In this document: piece after piece, positions 11,520 through 22,425 of the stretch
How the letters are laid out: each line of letters begins with the position of its first letter
Numbering within the stretch: the first letter of the stretch is position 1
Assembly: GCA_963820525.1 (NCBI GenBank)
Contig: CAWGAA010000001.1
Coordinates: forward strand, 768,001 to 832,000
Reading direction: 5' to 3'
From: an uncultured Spirochaetota bacterium
GTDB taxonomy: Bacteria > Spirochaetota > Spirochaetia > SZUA-6 > Fen-1364
DNA length: 64,000 nucleotides
Notes under the pieces: model-generated
Told to the model about the DNA's origin: nothing
Seen by the model: only the letters and a program-made list of their open reading frames with translations
Database searches by the model: none
Position numbers and translations under genes: made by a program

Positions 11520-12257
11520 CCTAATAAAAAGTAGATGCTGGTGCACCACCAGACAAATACCCGGTATGGCCTTCATTCTATTTATGTCGACACTCATCAA
11601 GCATAGATTGTTTTCACAAGTGTGGAGGATCTATCCACAAATAAGCTAAATGCGAAATAGATTGTCTATATAAGAAATAAAAGAGCCGCGTAACAAGTCG
11701 TTGCAGTTGACGCCTTTGATTGTAGGTGGAACGGAATGTTGGCTTAGAAGAACCGCTAGGCTTGACTGAATCGGCGGCGCAACTGAACTCCATTTTACAT
11801 TCAACGCTAAGAATTCTTTTGTAGGAAGATTCCCTTTGTTCTTTTATTATTCCTCAAGACAAATGAAGACTATTCAATTTAGCTGTTTTTCATATTTTAC
11901 TTCGTTGAATTCTTGTTTTACTTTTGCGCGGGCCATGTAAGTTCCCATTGGAACAGCTCGCGCTCATTAGCTGAAAGGGCGTTATTAACCTTTCTGGAAT
12001 CGTATTCTTTCGCTATTGCTTGAATTCTATCATCAATCAACCAACCTTGTATTTCGTTCATATCTTAGACTTCTTTGTTGGCCCGCGCATATTGTTTTGT
12101 TTCCGCGTAAATGTAACATTCGGTTGGAGCAGACCGCTTGGACTACGCATCGTTGCTGATAGCTACGCGTGCTAAAACCAATTGTACCTGGATGATGCGG
12201 CGCGGCTGCTCAACCGCGTCGTTAGACGGCAAAAGTTTTAAATAATAGAGGTGCAAT

Positions 12258-12989
12258 ATGATTACTGAATTCCCTAAGAACATTCATGACAAGCTGAAAA
12301 CCTATGTCTACTTATATATTGATCCAAGAGATAATAGCATATTCTATGTAGGAAAAGGTGTCGGTAATCGTGCTTTTTCTCATCTAAAAGATTTTTCTGA
12401 AACATAAAAGTCTGAACGTATCCAAGAAATTACCCAACATGGCTCATGTCCAAGAATCGAAATATTAATCCACGGCCTTGATGATGAAACGGCAAAGAGG
12501 GTTGAAGCTTCGTTAATCGATTTGCTTGGAATTGATACTTTATTAAATCAAGTTAGAGGATACCAATCAAAAGAGTATGGCAGAATGTCACCAGAACAAT
12601 TAATCGCAGTCTATGACGTGGAAAAGGTTGAAATAGAAGAACCCTCGATACTTATAACTATCAATAAATCCTTTCACTACGGAATGCAGCCTATTGAACT
12701 ATATGATGCAACCAGATCAGCGTGGGTTATTGGTGAAAGGAAACGTGCCGCAAAATATGCATTAGCTGTCTATTCGGGAGTTGTTCAAGAAGTTTATGAA
12801 ATTAAGGATTGGTACCCATCACATTCTACTTTCAATACAAAAAACTATGAAGATGAAATTGAATCAAATGAGGATAGATGGGAATTTGTAGGAAAATTAG
12901 CTGACAATAAAATTAGAAATAAATATAAATTTAAAAATGTATCTGAATATGTTGGAGCTCAGAACCCTATAAAATATGTAAAATGCTAG
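12258..12989 (+). pseudogene. LEM-3-like GIY-YIG nuclease with an in-frame TAA at 12405
   Basis: [24 protein letters not shown]-terminus, in frame with the ORF at 12522-12989. Confidence 0.82.
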
Positions 12990-12997
12990 ATTTGCCG

Positions 12998-14083
12998 CCT
13001 GAATTCAACCTCGAAGTGCAACGATTCTTATTTTTCATGATACACCTCCTGGGGCGTTCTGTAGCCGTGCCGTTTTCTAGGCCTTGAGTTTAGGCTAAAG
13101 GCAATCTGCTCGCATAGAGCTTGAGTGACATCCCTCATGCAGGTTTTCTTTGGAAGATACTGACGGATCAAACCGTTTAGGTTCTCGTTGCTGCCTCGCT
13201 CCCAGGAATGATAAGGCGTTGCAAAGTAGCATTTCAGTTCGGAATGATCCTCCAGGGTCCTGTAGTCATGGAATTCTGTACCGTTGTCCAAGGTGAGTGT
13301 CTTGAAGTTGGCTACGTTCTCCCTAATAGCCGGCAGTGCTGCCTCTGTTACTGAGGCTGCTGTTCTTGAGCTCATTTTCCTTATGATAGCAAATCCCGAC
13401 TTTCGTTCCACCAGAGTGAGGATGCAGTGATGAAGGTCCCTGCCCATGACGGTGTCGCCCTCCCAATGACCCAATTCTTTACGAGTTTCAACCTCTGGAG
13501 GCCTCGTTGAAATATGGCGTTTTCCTGGGAGAATTCCTCTTGAATCCCTTGAATTGTAACGTTTTCGCCGCAGTTTCGGCATGATTCGAAGGTTCTTAAA
13601 TAGCGTTCCTCCATGTTTCTTATCGTTCAGGATGTACTTGTAGATGGTCTCGTGACTGATTGTGAATGATCCATTCTTCTTCTGGTAAGCAGATATCTGT
13701 TCAGGGCTCCATTTCTCTTTCAAAAGAACAGTTACTTGCTGCATTTGTTCTGGGCTGAAGCGCGAACCGCGCCTTTCACGTCGCCGTCTTGCAGTTGAAT
13801 AGCTTTGGGCAAGCTCAGCTCGGTACCTCAAGTCATGGTTAGTTCGGTTTCGATGAAGTTCCCTGCTGATCGTGCTAGCTGAGCGACCTAGCTCACGTGC
13901 AATGTCAGCTTTAGATCTTCGGCTTACTAAAAAAGCTGTTATGGTGTATCTTTCTTCTCGAGAGAGTTGGTGATAGTTATTCATGTATGAATCCCCTTTC
14001 TTGGCGGAAAATGGAGGCATACAATAATATCTCAGCTCTCTCATTTTTAATCCATATCGTTGCGCTTACTATTTGAACCTGCG
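12998..14083 (-). mobile_element. IS30 copy 2, at attC R''
   Basis: Same ends as copy 1; flanks CCG/CCG. Confidence 0.93.
13028..13984 (-). CDS. IS30 transposase
   Basis: Protein identical to copy 1. Confidence 0.93.
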   Translation of the reverse strand: MNNYHQLSREERYTITAFLVSRRSKADIARELGRSASTISRELHRNRTNHDLRYRAELAQSYSTARRRRERRGSRFSPEQMQQVTVLLKEKWSPEQISAYQKKNGSFTISHETIYKYILNDKKHGGTLFKNLRIMPKLRRKRYNSRDSRGILPGKRHISTRPPEVETRKELGHWEGDTVMGRDLHHCILTLVERKSGFAIIRKMSSRTAASVTEAALPAIRENVANFKTLTLDNGTEFHDYRTLEDHSELKCYFATPYHSWERGSNENLNGLIRQYLPKKTCMRDVTQALCEQIAFSLNSRPRKRHGYRTPQEVYHEK

Positions 14084-14246
14084 CCGTCTAACATGCTGTT
14101 GGAGTTGACCCCTGGAATTTCAATTTGAACTGCTGCTTGCTTCTCGGACTCTACTGTAGCTTGGCCCTTCGGGCGGCGGGGCAACTCAACAGCGTTGTTA
14201 TGTGGATATAAGTTACTTCTAGTATATTAGGTTATAGGAGAATACT

Positions 14247-15023
14247 ATGCGCAAACTTATCGTAATCATTCTTTTTCTTTCTAGTTCAACTTGCTTTTCA
14301 TTGGACATCAACAAATTTCATTACTATTTCTACGACATCTCAATATTTAGTGAGAAATTTGCTCCTTCTTCTTCAGGAAACCAGATTAATGAAGGCGTGC
14401 TGAGTTACTTGTCTCTTAAACTCGTAGAGGATCACATTGGATTTGACATTTACAGTGATACAATACTTGATTCTTTAAAAATGATGTTGTCCTCCATTCC
14501 ATCACAAATAATGCCTAATGAGTATTATAGAATTATTATTTCCCGTAATAACATAGTACTCATGACTATCGCTGCCAAATTGATTGAAAATATAAATGTT
14601 AACTATGATTATAAACTAGAGTTCTCATTTAAGACTTCAATCAATTCTGCCAAATCGTACTTCTACAAATTAAGGAATATGAATATTATTCTCAACGATA
14701 ACCAGTATAGTCAATACCTATTAAAGAAGGATCTATCCAGCATATTTTCGACTGAAGAGCTCCTCTATTATGCAATTTCAAATCAATTGCAACACAATGC
14801 ATTAGATAGTGCTGTATTGATTAATCATTCTTCTTTACAGCCCTTTCACGCAGACATCTCCAAACTTCAGCTTCCTAAAGATGATATTTCAAGTGATCCT
14901 CATTTCAGTTTGATTAATGACATAATATCAATATTCTCAAAGTCCAATTTCTCTGATTCTTATCAACATTCAGAATCTATTTCAAATTTAGTTAGGACTC
15001 TTGAGGGCGAAAGCATTAAATGA
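14247..15023 (+). CDS. Hypothetical exported protein
   Basis: SD AGGAG, signal-peptide-like N-terminus, fills the cassette. Confidence 0.75.
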   Translation: MRKLIVIILFLSSSTCFSLDINKFHYYFYDISIFSEKFAPSSSGNQINEGVLSYLSLKLVEDHIGFDIYSDTILDSLKMMLSSIPSQIMPNEYYRIIISRNNIVLMTIAAKLIENINVNYDYKLEFSFKTSINSAKSYFYKLRNMNIILNDNQYSQYLLKKDLSSIFSTEELLYYAISNQLQHNALDSAVLINHSSLQPFHADISKLQLPKDDISSDPHFSLINDIISIFSKSNFSDSYQHSESISNLVRTLEGESIK

Positions 15024-15209
15024 TTCGATATTATCCACATAACATGCTGTTGGAGTTGACCGCCTAGGCTACGCGTCGTTACTGATAGCTACGCGTGTTT
15101 AAGTATTTGTACTTGGATGATTCGGTGCGGCAACTCAACAGCGTCGTTATGTCCAGCAAAATCAGGTCCGTGACTTCTGTTAGCATCAACAAACGTTCGG
15201 AGGTGGCTT

Positions 15210-15449
15210 GTGAAAAGGAACAAGGTGCTCGCGGTCTACGACAAGGAACTAGACTCGCTCATGAAGAGGCTGGGTATCCTTGGAGACTTCAAAGCGGGGC
15301 GCCTAAGGTGCGCCTTCTCCGGCGACGTGATCACCGCAGAAAACCTTCATTCGTTCTTTCCTGACAGCGGCGCAGTCAAGGCCTGCTGCGCGAAGCTTGA
15401 TTGCACTCTGAGGCTCCCGGCCCGAATGGAGGAGCTAAACCATGGATGA
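15210..15449 (+). CDS. Small Cys-containing hypothetical protein
   Basis: GTG after GGAGGTG; overlaps the start of the next gene. Confidence 0.7.
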   Translation: MKRNKVLAVYDKELDSLMKRLGILGDFKAGRLRCAFSGDVITAENLHSFFPDSGAVKACCAKLDCTLRLPARMEELNHG

Positions 15450-16488
15450 ACTGTGGAAGGTGATCGTTCCGGTGGTGACAGCGCCGACCGCCATTGTGAT
15501 CTTGCTACTCTTTTTTCCGGACAAGATCGAAAAGTGGTCGTCACTGCTGTGGAAGCTCCTGCGAAACGCCAAGCTAATCTACGACTTTGCGAACCGGAGA
15601 TACATAAAGCATGATCTTCAGTCAAGGATAAACGAGTTTGTCTCGCGCATGGGCAGAATCGTGCCGAACCTCGAGACCAACAGAATCGCTCTCGAATGGG
15701 TTGAGGGAAAGGTCGACAAGTCTAGCTTCCTTCGGGATGGGAAAGTGATTCTCCGACTTCGGCAAAATGATCCCAAGGACGAGAATTTTGTCCATGGTGC
15801 ATATCACTTTGTCGCCACCTCCTTACTCTACAAGGTAAAAAGGTACATTACCCTTACGCAAAAAGAGTGCCTGGATCTGTATGTCACCGCGGAATTGCTA
15901 AGGGACGAAAAGCCCGGCATCCTTGGCTATTACTTGGACGAGTACATCCATCCAAAGCTGGCCGACGCGAAGCGTCTCAAGTACTACGACAAGTATGACA
16001 AGATCAACAAGGGAGGCTACTTCTATCCAGTCTACATTCACGAGCTCGACTTTCTTGGAAATCGTGTGTTCGGAAAGCGGCGGGACGACCTAATCCATTC
16101 CGAAGTGGATGCGTTGATTGACTTTCTCCTGAAAGTCTCTAGCCGCAAGATTGGAGACGAAAGCGATCTAGATTTCAGCCAGGGGTACTGCAAATTCGGA
16201 ATAATGATAATCGGCAAGCCAAGCAAGATTCACAGCATTGATCCGTACGTATCCTTTGTGAGAAACCATTTGGTGTCTCAAAGGATAAACAGCGTCTACC
16301 TCATTGCTGTGAAGGACAACAAGGAGAAAGTTGATCAGATCTGTGCCCAACTCAAAGACGCCTTCGACGTAGTCCATACGGGTCTCTCCAGCGCACTGCT
16401 ATCGTATCCGAATGGTCAGGAGCTAAGGCGAAGTCAGTACTACGCTGTGCTACGAAGAGTGGGTCTAGACTTCTATCAAGCGTCGTAA
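15442..16488 (+). CDS. Hypothetical protein with N-terminal TM helix
   Basis: 348-aa ORF with SD GGAG; ends just before attC. Confidence 0.8.
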   Translation: MDELWKVIVPVVTAPTAIVILLLFFPDKIEKWSSLLWKLLRNAKLIYDFANRRYIKHDLQSRINEFVSRMGRIVPNLETNRIALEWVEGKVDKSSFLRDGKVILRLRQNDPKDENFVHGAYHFVATSLLYKVKRYITLTQKECLDLYVTAELLRDEKPGILGYYLDEYIHPKLADAKRLKYYDKYDKINKGGYFYPVYIHELDFLGNRVFGKRRDDLIHSEVDALIDFLLKVSSRKIGDESDLDFSQGYCKFGIMIIGKPSKIHSIDPYVSFVRNHLVSQRINSVYLIAVKDNKEKVDQICAQLKDAFDVVHTGLSSALLSYPNGQELRRSQYYAVLRRVGLDFYQAS

Positions 16489-16636
16489 TGAGCTGGACAT
16501 AACAAGTCGCTGAAGCTGACCCCTAAGGTGCATCTCTGTTTCGAAGGTGGGCCGCTTGCTGGGGTTCGCTTCGCGTTGGTGATTCGGCGGGGCAGCTTAG
16601 CTCTATGTTATCCTGCATATTCAAAAGGAGACCATA

Positions 16637-17722
16637 ATGATACGCAATCGCTTTTCTAAGATTCTCACTCAAATGTTTAGCATAATATTTGCTTTTTTTA
16701 TTCTCGCTAATACTGTTTTTGCAGATGATTCACATATTTATATGGGTTCCATTATTAACAGAAACAAGATATTCTTATCAATTGATAATGGGTCAACGAC
16801 TATTCGTATTCCAGAAGCTTATAATATTATTTCTCCATCTTCATATAATCCATTATCAAGACTTATCTTATTGAGCAAGAGCAATTCTTTGTATGTATTT
16901 AATTGCGACTCATCTAAAATAAATCCCATTTTGACCAATTTTAAACCAAATAATAGCGAAATTGAAATTATTCAATCTGTTAGCGATGATAATTCCTTTC
17001 TAATTTCTACATATTCTATCAGTGAAGATTCTATTTATTCAGAAAAACACTATAATGATTATTACTTCCTTAATGCAATTTACAAACGCTATAGTAAAGT
17101 ACCAGAATTCCTAAATGCGATATTGAAAGATAATACAAATCAAATAGTCTATGATTCAGCTAATTCTTCAATTATAAAATGGCTTGCTGGTGAAGGTCGC
17201 TATATGCCCTTGCCAATAGAAATCATTGATCTAAAAACTGGTCTCTCTAGTGAGTTAATACGCGAAACCGATTTTCCAGTAGATCCACTGTTTAATATTA
17301 ATTATTATAATAATTTTCTTATTGGCACTCCTAAGAACATTTCTATAACTAATCAAGTATTTGTATACTCAATTAGAAGCAGCTTACTTAAGAAATATAC
17401 ATTATCTAACATTGAACATTTCGACTATGCATATTCTTCCATTTATGATGATAGTAGTGATTCTTTACTAATTGGTCAAAAAGATAGCATATTAAGGCTA
17501 AAACTACAGACTGCAAAAATAAGTGATGTATTAATTCATTCTGATAATAAAGTCTATCTAAATAAGATGTACTTAATATCTAATAGACTTGTTTATCAAA
17601 GTAATAATAAGATTGTCATCTTAGATCCAAACAACTTATCAATTATAAATACATATACTCTTATGGGAATCGACAAATCAAAACCGAATACCGAATTTGG
17701 GATTTTCAATTTGTCTGACTAA
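16637..17722 (+). CDS. Hypothetical exported protein (possibly beta-rich)
   Basis: SD AAGGAG, signal peptide (VFA-DD), fills the cassette. Confidence 0.75.
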   Translation: MIRNRFSKILTQMFSIIFAFFILANTVFADDSHIYMGSIINRNKIFLSIDNGSTTIRIPEAYNIISPSSYNPLSRLILLSKSNSLYVFNCDSSKINPILTNFKPNNSEIEIIQSVSDDNSFLISTYSISEDSIYSEKHYNDYYFLNAIYKRYSKVPEFLNAILKDNTNQIVYDSANSSIIKWLAGEGRYMPLPIEIIDLKTGLSSELIRETDFPVDPLFNINYYNNFLIGTPKNISITNQVFVYSIRSSLLKKYTLSNIEHFDYAYSSIYDDSSDSLLIGQKDSILRLKLQTAKISDVLIHSDNKVYLNKMYLISNRLVYQSNNKIVILDPNNLSIINTYTLMGIDKSKPNTEFGIFNLSD

Positions 17723-17787
17723 TTTTTTTGAGTTCTTGCATGATTCGGATGCAGGATAACATGCTGTTGGAGATTGTTTTAGAAATG

Positions 17788-19194
17788 TCAAGCAGTTTTT
17801 TTCGTGACCGCTTGTTTTTTCCTCCCCCCTTTTGTTCGCGTACCTTGAGCCTTGCAGTTCTTGACCTTCTTAGTACTCTTCGATTTATTTAATCTTGGGG
17901 ATGAGGGCGATATGTTGCTTTTGCGACTTTGATCGCCGCGGGTAACACCGCTTGCCATATCGCCTTCTCCCTCTTTCAGAATCTTTTGTCCCAAATCGTT
18001 TGCCTTCGATTCATTGAGGGCAGAAAGCTCACGAAAGATCACGCGTACAAGCGCTCGTGCCACCCTCTTAGTCGCCTCCAGGGGCCGCATTCCCGCCTTC
18101 ACAAGGTTCCTGTAATAACCCGCCAGGTGAGAGCCGGGATCGTAGAAGACCACGTTGCGCGCCGCCGTCATAAAAGCGTCCTTCAATCGATGGTTAAACA
18201 ACCGCGTAGGGATCATCATGGTGGTGTTGCCCGTTGTATGTTCCCTCATTCCCAAGCCACTGTAGCAGGCCAGGCTGTCCTCACGGGCGAATCGGCGAAT
18301 GTCGATGATCTCGGCAATCATCTTCGCCGCGGTGAGGGTCGCAATACCGCGGCGGCTTTTCAGGCACTGCACTGCGAGGTTCCCTTGAGTAAGGCTATCC
18401 AGCATCCCAAGAAGCTCGCTCTGCTCCCCTTTGAACCGCTCGATCTGTTGGGCGCTGTTTCTGATCACCAACGCGATCCCCGCGGAGATCGAGGGAAAGC
18501 TTTCGGCTGCCTCTCGCAGCTCCGCGATGAGCTCGCCCCGTCCCTTGTAGTTGCCTCCCCCCATCGCCTCCCGCATATCCGTCTGCGAAAGGCGTTTCCA
18601 TTCTCCAATGTCCGGCTTGGAGATAAAAAGAGTGAGAATCCCCTGGTTTTTGAGCACTTTTCCCCGCTGCTCGTTCTCCCTATTCTTGCCCCCGAGCAGC
18701 AGATACAGATCCGGGCAGGCGTACCGCAAAAGCTTCCACAGCCGGTTCATTTCCCCCGTCAGTTGATCGCTGAGGCTCTCCCAGCGGCGAGTAAGAGCTT
18801 GCAGCTCCATATCCGCGATCCACACACGCCGATACTGATCAAGCTTGCCCTGCGCCTCCAAGGCTAGAGCATACCTCGCAACCGATTCCGCGTCCCGCTC
18901 GTTATTCTTGTTCTGGCCCAGCACCGCCTTCCTGAACTTTTCCGTGTCCGCGGGTTTGAAGGAATGAAAGATCACTCCCCCTTCCCGCAGCGCCTTCTCG
19001 ATAGGTCGGCTCTGCCCATGAGTGCCTTCGATCCCCACGATCGGCTTCCCTTCGGCTTTCACCCAGCGAAGGAACTCACTCAAGCCATTCTGGCTCACCG
19101 AAAATCGTTTCGTAATCACCTGAGCTTTGCTGTCCTTGACCAACGCGCAGACAAATCCTGTGGAGTCCGGGTCTATTCCGATCGAACTGTTCAC
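17788..19194 (-). CDS. IS110 transposase / bridge recombinase
   Basis: GIDPD, GIEG and KNNERDA RuvC-like motifs; C-terminal RGIA...AEIIDIRRF...YSGL domain. Confidence 0.9.
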   Translation of the reverse strand: MNSSIGIDPDSTGFVCALVKDSKAQVITKRFSVSQNGLSEFLRWVKAEGKPIVGIEGTHGQSRPIEKALREGGVIFHSFKPADTEKFRKAVLGQNKNNERDAESVARYALALEAQGKLDQYRRVWIADMELQALTRRWESLSDQLTGEMNRLWKLLRYACPDLYLLLGGKNRENEQRGKVLKNQGILTLFISKPDIGEWKRLSQTDMREAMGGGNYKGRGELIAELREAAESFPSISAGIALVIRNSAQQIERFKGEQSELLGMLDSLTQGNLAVQCLKSRRGIATLTAAKMIAEIIDIRRFAREDSLACYSGLGMREHTTGNTTMMIPTRLFNHRLKDAFMTAARNVVFYDPGSHLAGYYRNLVKAGMRPLEATKRVARALVRVIFRELSALNESKANDLGQKILKEGEGDMASGVTRGDQSRKSNISPSSPRLNKSKSTKKVKNCKAQGTRTKGGRKKQAVTKKTA

Positions 19195-19227
19195 ACACTC
19201 ACCCCCAAATCCTTAAGGCGTATATAC

Positions 19228-19380
19228 CCGTTCCGTCATCCTTGTAGGGAGCCACTGCCTCGCGTGGAGGGCAGGCATTTGTTTTACATGACAAGAACGG
19301 CCCTTGTGGCGCTGGCAATCTCCAACAAGTCGTCTCCAGGACGGCAGCTGACAGCCCGAGCAACAACGCCACAAGGTGTT
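19228..19380 (-). ncRNA. Putative bridge RNA (target-binding loop 19302-19376, donor-binding loop 19228-19300); 5' end may extend further
   Basis: Two stem-closed loops. Their guide segments match attC (GTCAGCT, TGTTGGAG) and the IS ends (TAAAACAA, CCTACAAG). Confidence 0.85.
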
Positions 19381-20065
19381 CTCTATTCATACCGATCCAT
19401 GAGCGTCAATCCCCTTTTCCCACATATCCACAATCTGTTAGTCTCCCTCCCCCAGACCCCCTCCCTCGCTTACCGCCGTTGTCATTCTCTCCTCATGCAT
19501 ATATCCTACAAGTTGACGCCTTAGGTTGGTTTTACAACTGCTACCCTACTCCTTAGAACTATTTGTGCCGTGCTTTGGGCGGCGGCGCAACTCAACAGCG
19601 TCGTTATATCCACGCTAAAGAAATTCTTTGGGAGAATGTTTTGCTTGTTCTGTTTTGAATTACTCAAAGCAAATAAAGAATTCTCTTTCACAATCTTGCG
19701 GGTTTTACCTTGTTGAATTCTTTTGATACCTTTGCGCGGGCCATCTACGTTCCTGTTGGAACAGCTCGCGCACGTTAGCTAAAGGGGCATTAATTACCTT
19801 TTTTAGCATCACTTTCTTTCGCTTTGCCTGAATTCTATCATCAATCAACTAACCTGATATTTTATCCATATCGTGAAGCTTGTCCTTCGGCCCGCGCATA
19901 TTGGTCTGTTTCCGCGTAGATATAACATGCTGTTGGAGTTGACCGCCTAGGCGACGCTCCCCTACTTTCAACTACGCGCGGTAATGCATTTTGTGCTTGG
20001 ATGATTCGGGGCGGCAACTCAACAGCGTCGTTATATCCATCTAGATTTATATTGATTAGCGAAGA

Positions 20066-21073
20066 AAGGGGTATTTACTTGACTCTACCAATCTTTGTCT
20101 GGCCGACGCCAGCACGAACAAGCTCTCTGAAAGGCGCTGGGTCAACGGCCACTGCCTGTTGCAGAAGCCTATAGAATAGTTTTCCACGATGGGTTGAGGT
20201 GCGCCGATTGAACCGGAAGGTGAACTCGTCGAGGTAGAACTCAAGATGATCCCGAGATACCCCACCCTGATGAGTTCCCAACAACCATCTCTTCAGCAAG
20301 GATGCCACCCTGTGAACTCTGGGCATCAAAGTAGACGCGGACTTTCCGCTTCCGCTGATCAGTCGTAATTTATGCCGGTAGCCATGCTCATTGAGCCACT
20401 CATAACCTTCCCAGCCATCGGTGATCACAATGGATCCTGGCTCCACAGCATCTTGCACAAAAGGGCGGAGACTGTTCGCAGAAGCATCATCGATGCGACT
20501 CAATCTGATCCGACCGATGCCATTTCCATCCACTTGGGCTGCAATTACTACAAGGGCCTTGTTTCCGAGGTGCCGGCGGCCTCCTTCAGGCTCCACCCCA
20601 CCAACATAGGTTTCATCCACTTCGATCTTGCCCGTAAGGCGATCCCTGCCGGGCCGCACCATAGCTCGCCTGAGTTTCTGTAGACAGGCCCAAGCCGTTT
20701 TATAGCTTCCAAGCCCCAGCAAACGCTGGAGTCCCAAGGCACTGATCCCTTGTTTCTGATTCGTAACCCACCATATAGCTCTGAACCATGTTCGAAGGGG
20801 AAGATGGCTACGATGGAAGATTGTACCCGCAAGTGCGGAAGCCTGGTAACCGCAATTCGAGCACTTCAGAAGCCCTCGTCCCAACGACCAATATGCTACG
20901 CTGCGGCACCGCGGGCAGTGAAAGCCTTTAGGCCAGCGCAATTGGAGCAGGTAGGTACGGCAGTCCTCTTCATTCGAGAATCGTTCCTCGAACTCGCTGA
21001 GATTCTGAGGGAAATCCTCCATACCTCCAATATCCTAGCCCGGAAAGCTGGTAGAGTCAAGTAAATACCCCTT
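20066..21073 (-). mobile_element. IS1595-family element inside a family A cassette
   Basis: Perfect 25-bp IR AAGGGGTATTTACTTGACTCTACCA and 8-bp TSD AGCGAAGA. Confidence 0.92.
20075..21022 (-). CDS. IS1595 transposase
   Basis: Zn ribbon CPRC/CSNC; EVDETY, TDGW and YLDEFTFRFNRR motifs. Confidence 0.93.
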   Translation of the reverse strand: MEDFPQNLSEFEERFSNEEDCRTYLLQLRWPKGFHCPRCRSVAYWSLGRGLLKCSNCGYQASALAGTIFHRSHLPLRTWFRAIWWVTNQKQGISALGLQRLLGLGSYKTAWACLQKLRRAMVRPGRDRLTGKIEVDETYVGGVEPEGGRRHLGNKALVVIAAQVDGNGIGRIRLSRIDDASANSLRPFVQDAVEPGSIVITDGWEGYEWLNEHGYRHKLRLISGSGKSASTLMPRVHRVASLLKRWLLGTHQGGVSRDHLEFYLDEFTFRFNRRTSTHRGKLFYRLLQQAVAVDPAPFRELVRAGVGQTKIGRVK

Positions 21074-22146
21074 AGCGAAGAGACAACGAATTATTAATTC
21101 AATAATAGAAGATAAGACGCTTTTCAGTAGCTTTTTTGCCCATGATGGCGTTGGCATTGTTCTGGAAGGATGGCGGTGTTGTACTACATTTGGTTGCTTG
21201 TTTTTAGTTTCAATGTATGGCACGTCACCTTGGCTTATTGTCACCGATTACATTCAACGGCTCGTATCAAGCTCTTTCAATTGATTCGATAGATCTTTTC
21301 TGCTTTCCTCAACGCCATCATACTGGATGGACATAACATGCGGTTGGAGTTGTCCGCCTAGGTTACGCGTCGCTACCGATTGTTACGCTTGATATGGTTC
21401 CTTCGGTTGCTGATTCGGGGCGGCAACTCAACCGCGTCGTTATATCCATCTAGATTTATATTGATTAGAAAATAAGCAACGAATTATTAATTCAATAATA
21501 GAAAATAAGACGCTTTTCAATAGCTTTTTGCCCATCATGGCGTTGGCATTGTTCTGGAAGGATGGCGGTGTTGTACTACATTTGGTTGCTTGTTTTTAGT
21601 TTCAATGTATGGCACGTCACCTTGGCTTATTATCACCGATTACATTCAACGGCTCGTATCAAGCTCTTTCAATTGATTCGATAGATCTTTCCTGCTTTCC
21701 TCAACGCCATCATACTGGATGGACATAACATGCGGTTGGAGTTGTCCGCCTAGGTTACGCGTCGTTACTGATTGTTACGCTTGCTATGGTTCCTTCGGTT
21801 GCTGATTCGGGGCGGCAACTCAACCGCGTCGTTAGGTTGTTCTAGGGCTCCTGCTCAATCGTCCTATTAATCTTATTACTACCTAGAAATACCAAGATTT
21901 ACTGCTTTCTTTGACCTTCTCAGTTCCATATGCTCTCAGAATGAACATCTCTTTGCATCTAGTTCCTGAATGAAAGCAATCCCATAGACTGATAGCCACA
22001 TTAGTTTCTTTCATTCTTAATTGATTGAATCAATTACAGACTATGAGCCTTAAGCATATTCCAGACAAATGAGGCCCCAGTTGATGATTTAACTAGTATG
22101 TGTCATAGTATTAAAGGATTTGATTTTTCTTTCAAGGGAGTGCTGA

Positions 22147-22425
22147 GTGCCTCTTCTCTTCCAGTGGGATCCAAGGAAAGCACATGCAAACGAAAGAAAA
22201 CATGGCATATCTTTTGAAGAAGCTTCTTCGGCATTCGGCGACCCTCTCTCAATCACAATTTATGATCCTGATCACTCTCGAGATGAAAAAAGGTATATTC
22301 TAGTAGGAGAAACATTGAGTCGTCGACTTGTTGTTATCTCCCATACTGAAGATGGAGATCTTATACGGATTATAAGCGCTCGTTTGGCTACAAAACGAGA
22401 ACGGAAAGCATATGAACAAGATTAA
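22147..22425 (+). CDS. brnT: BrnT family toxin
   Basis: FQWDPRKAHANERKHGISF...RIISAR. Confidence 0.9.
   Translation: MPLLFQWDPRKAHANERKHGISFEEASSAFGDPLSITIYDPDHSRDEKRYILVGETLSRRLVVISHTEDGDLIRIISARLATKRERKAYEQD

Larger units (their letters stand above)
17773..19510 (-). mobile_element. IS110-family element inserted in attC L'' box
   Basis: attC split as GTTGG-AG-[IS]-AG-TTGACGCC. No TIRs; CT core in element orientation. Confidence 0.92.

Noticed and set aside
17929..18867. 312-aa + strand ORF and similar antisense ORFs within IS1634, IS1380 and IS1182
   Set aside because: They are antisense shadows of transposases, with no recognisable motifs.
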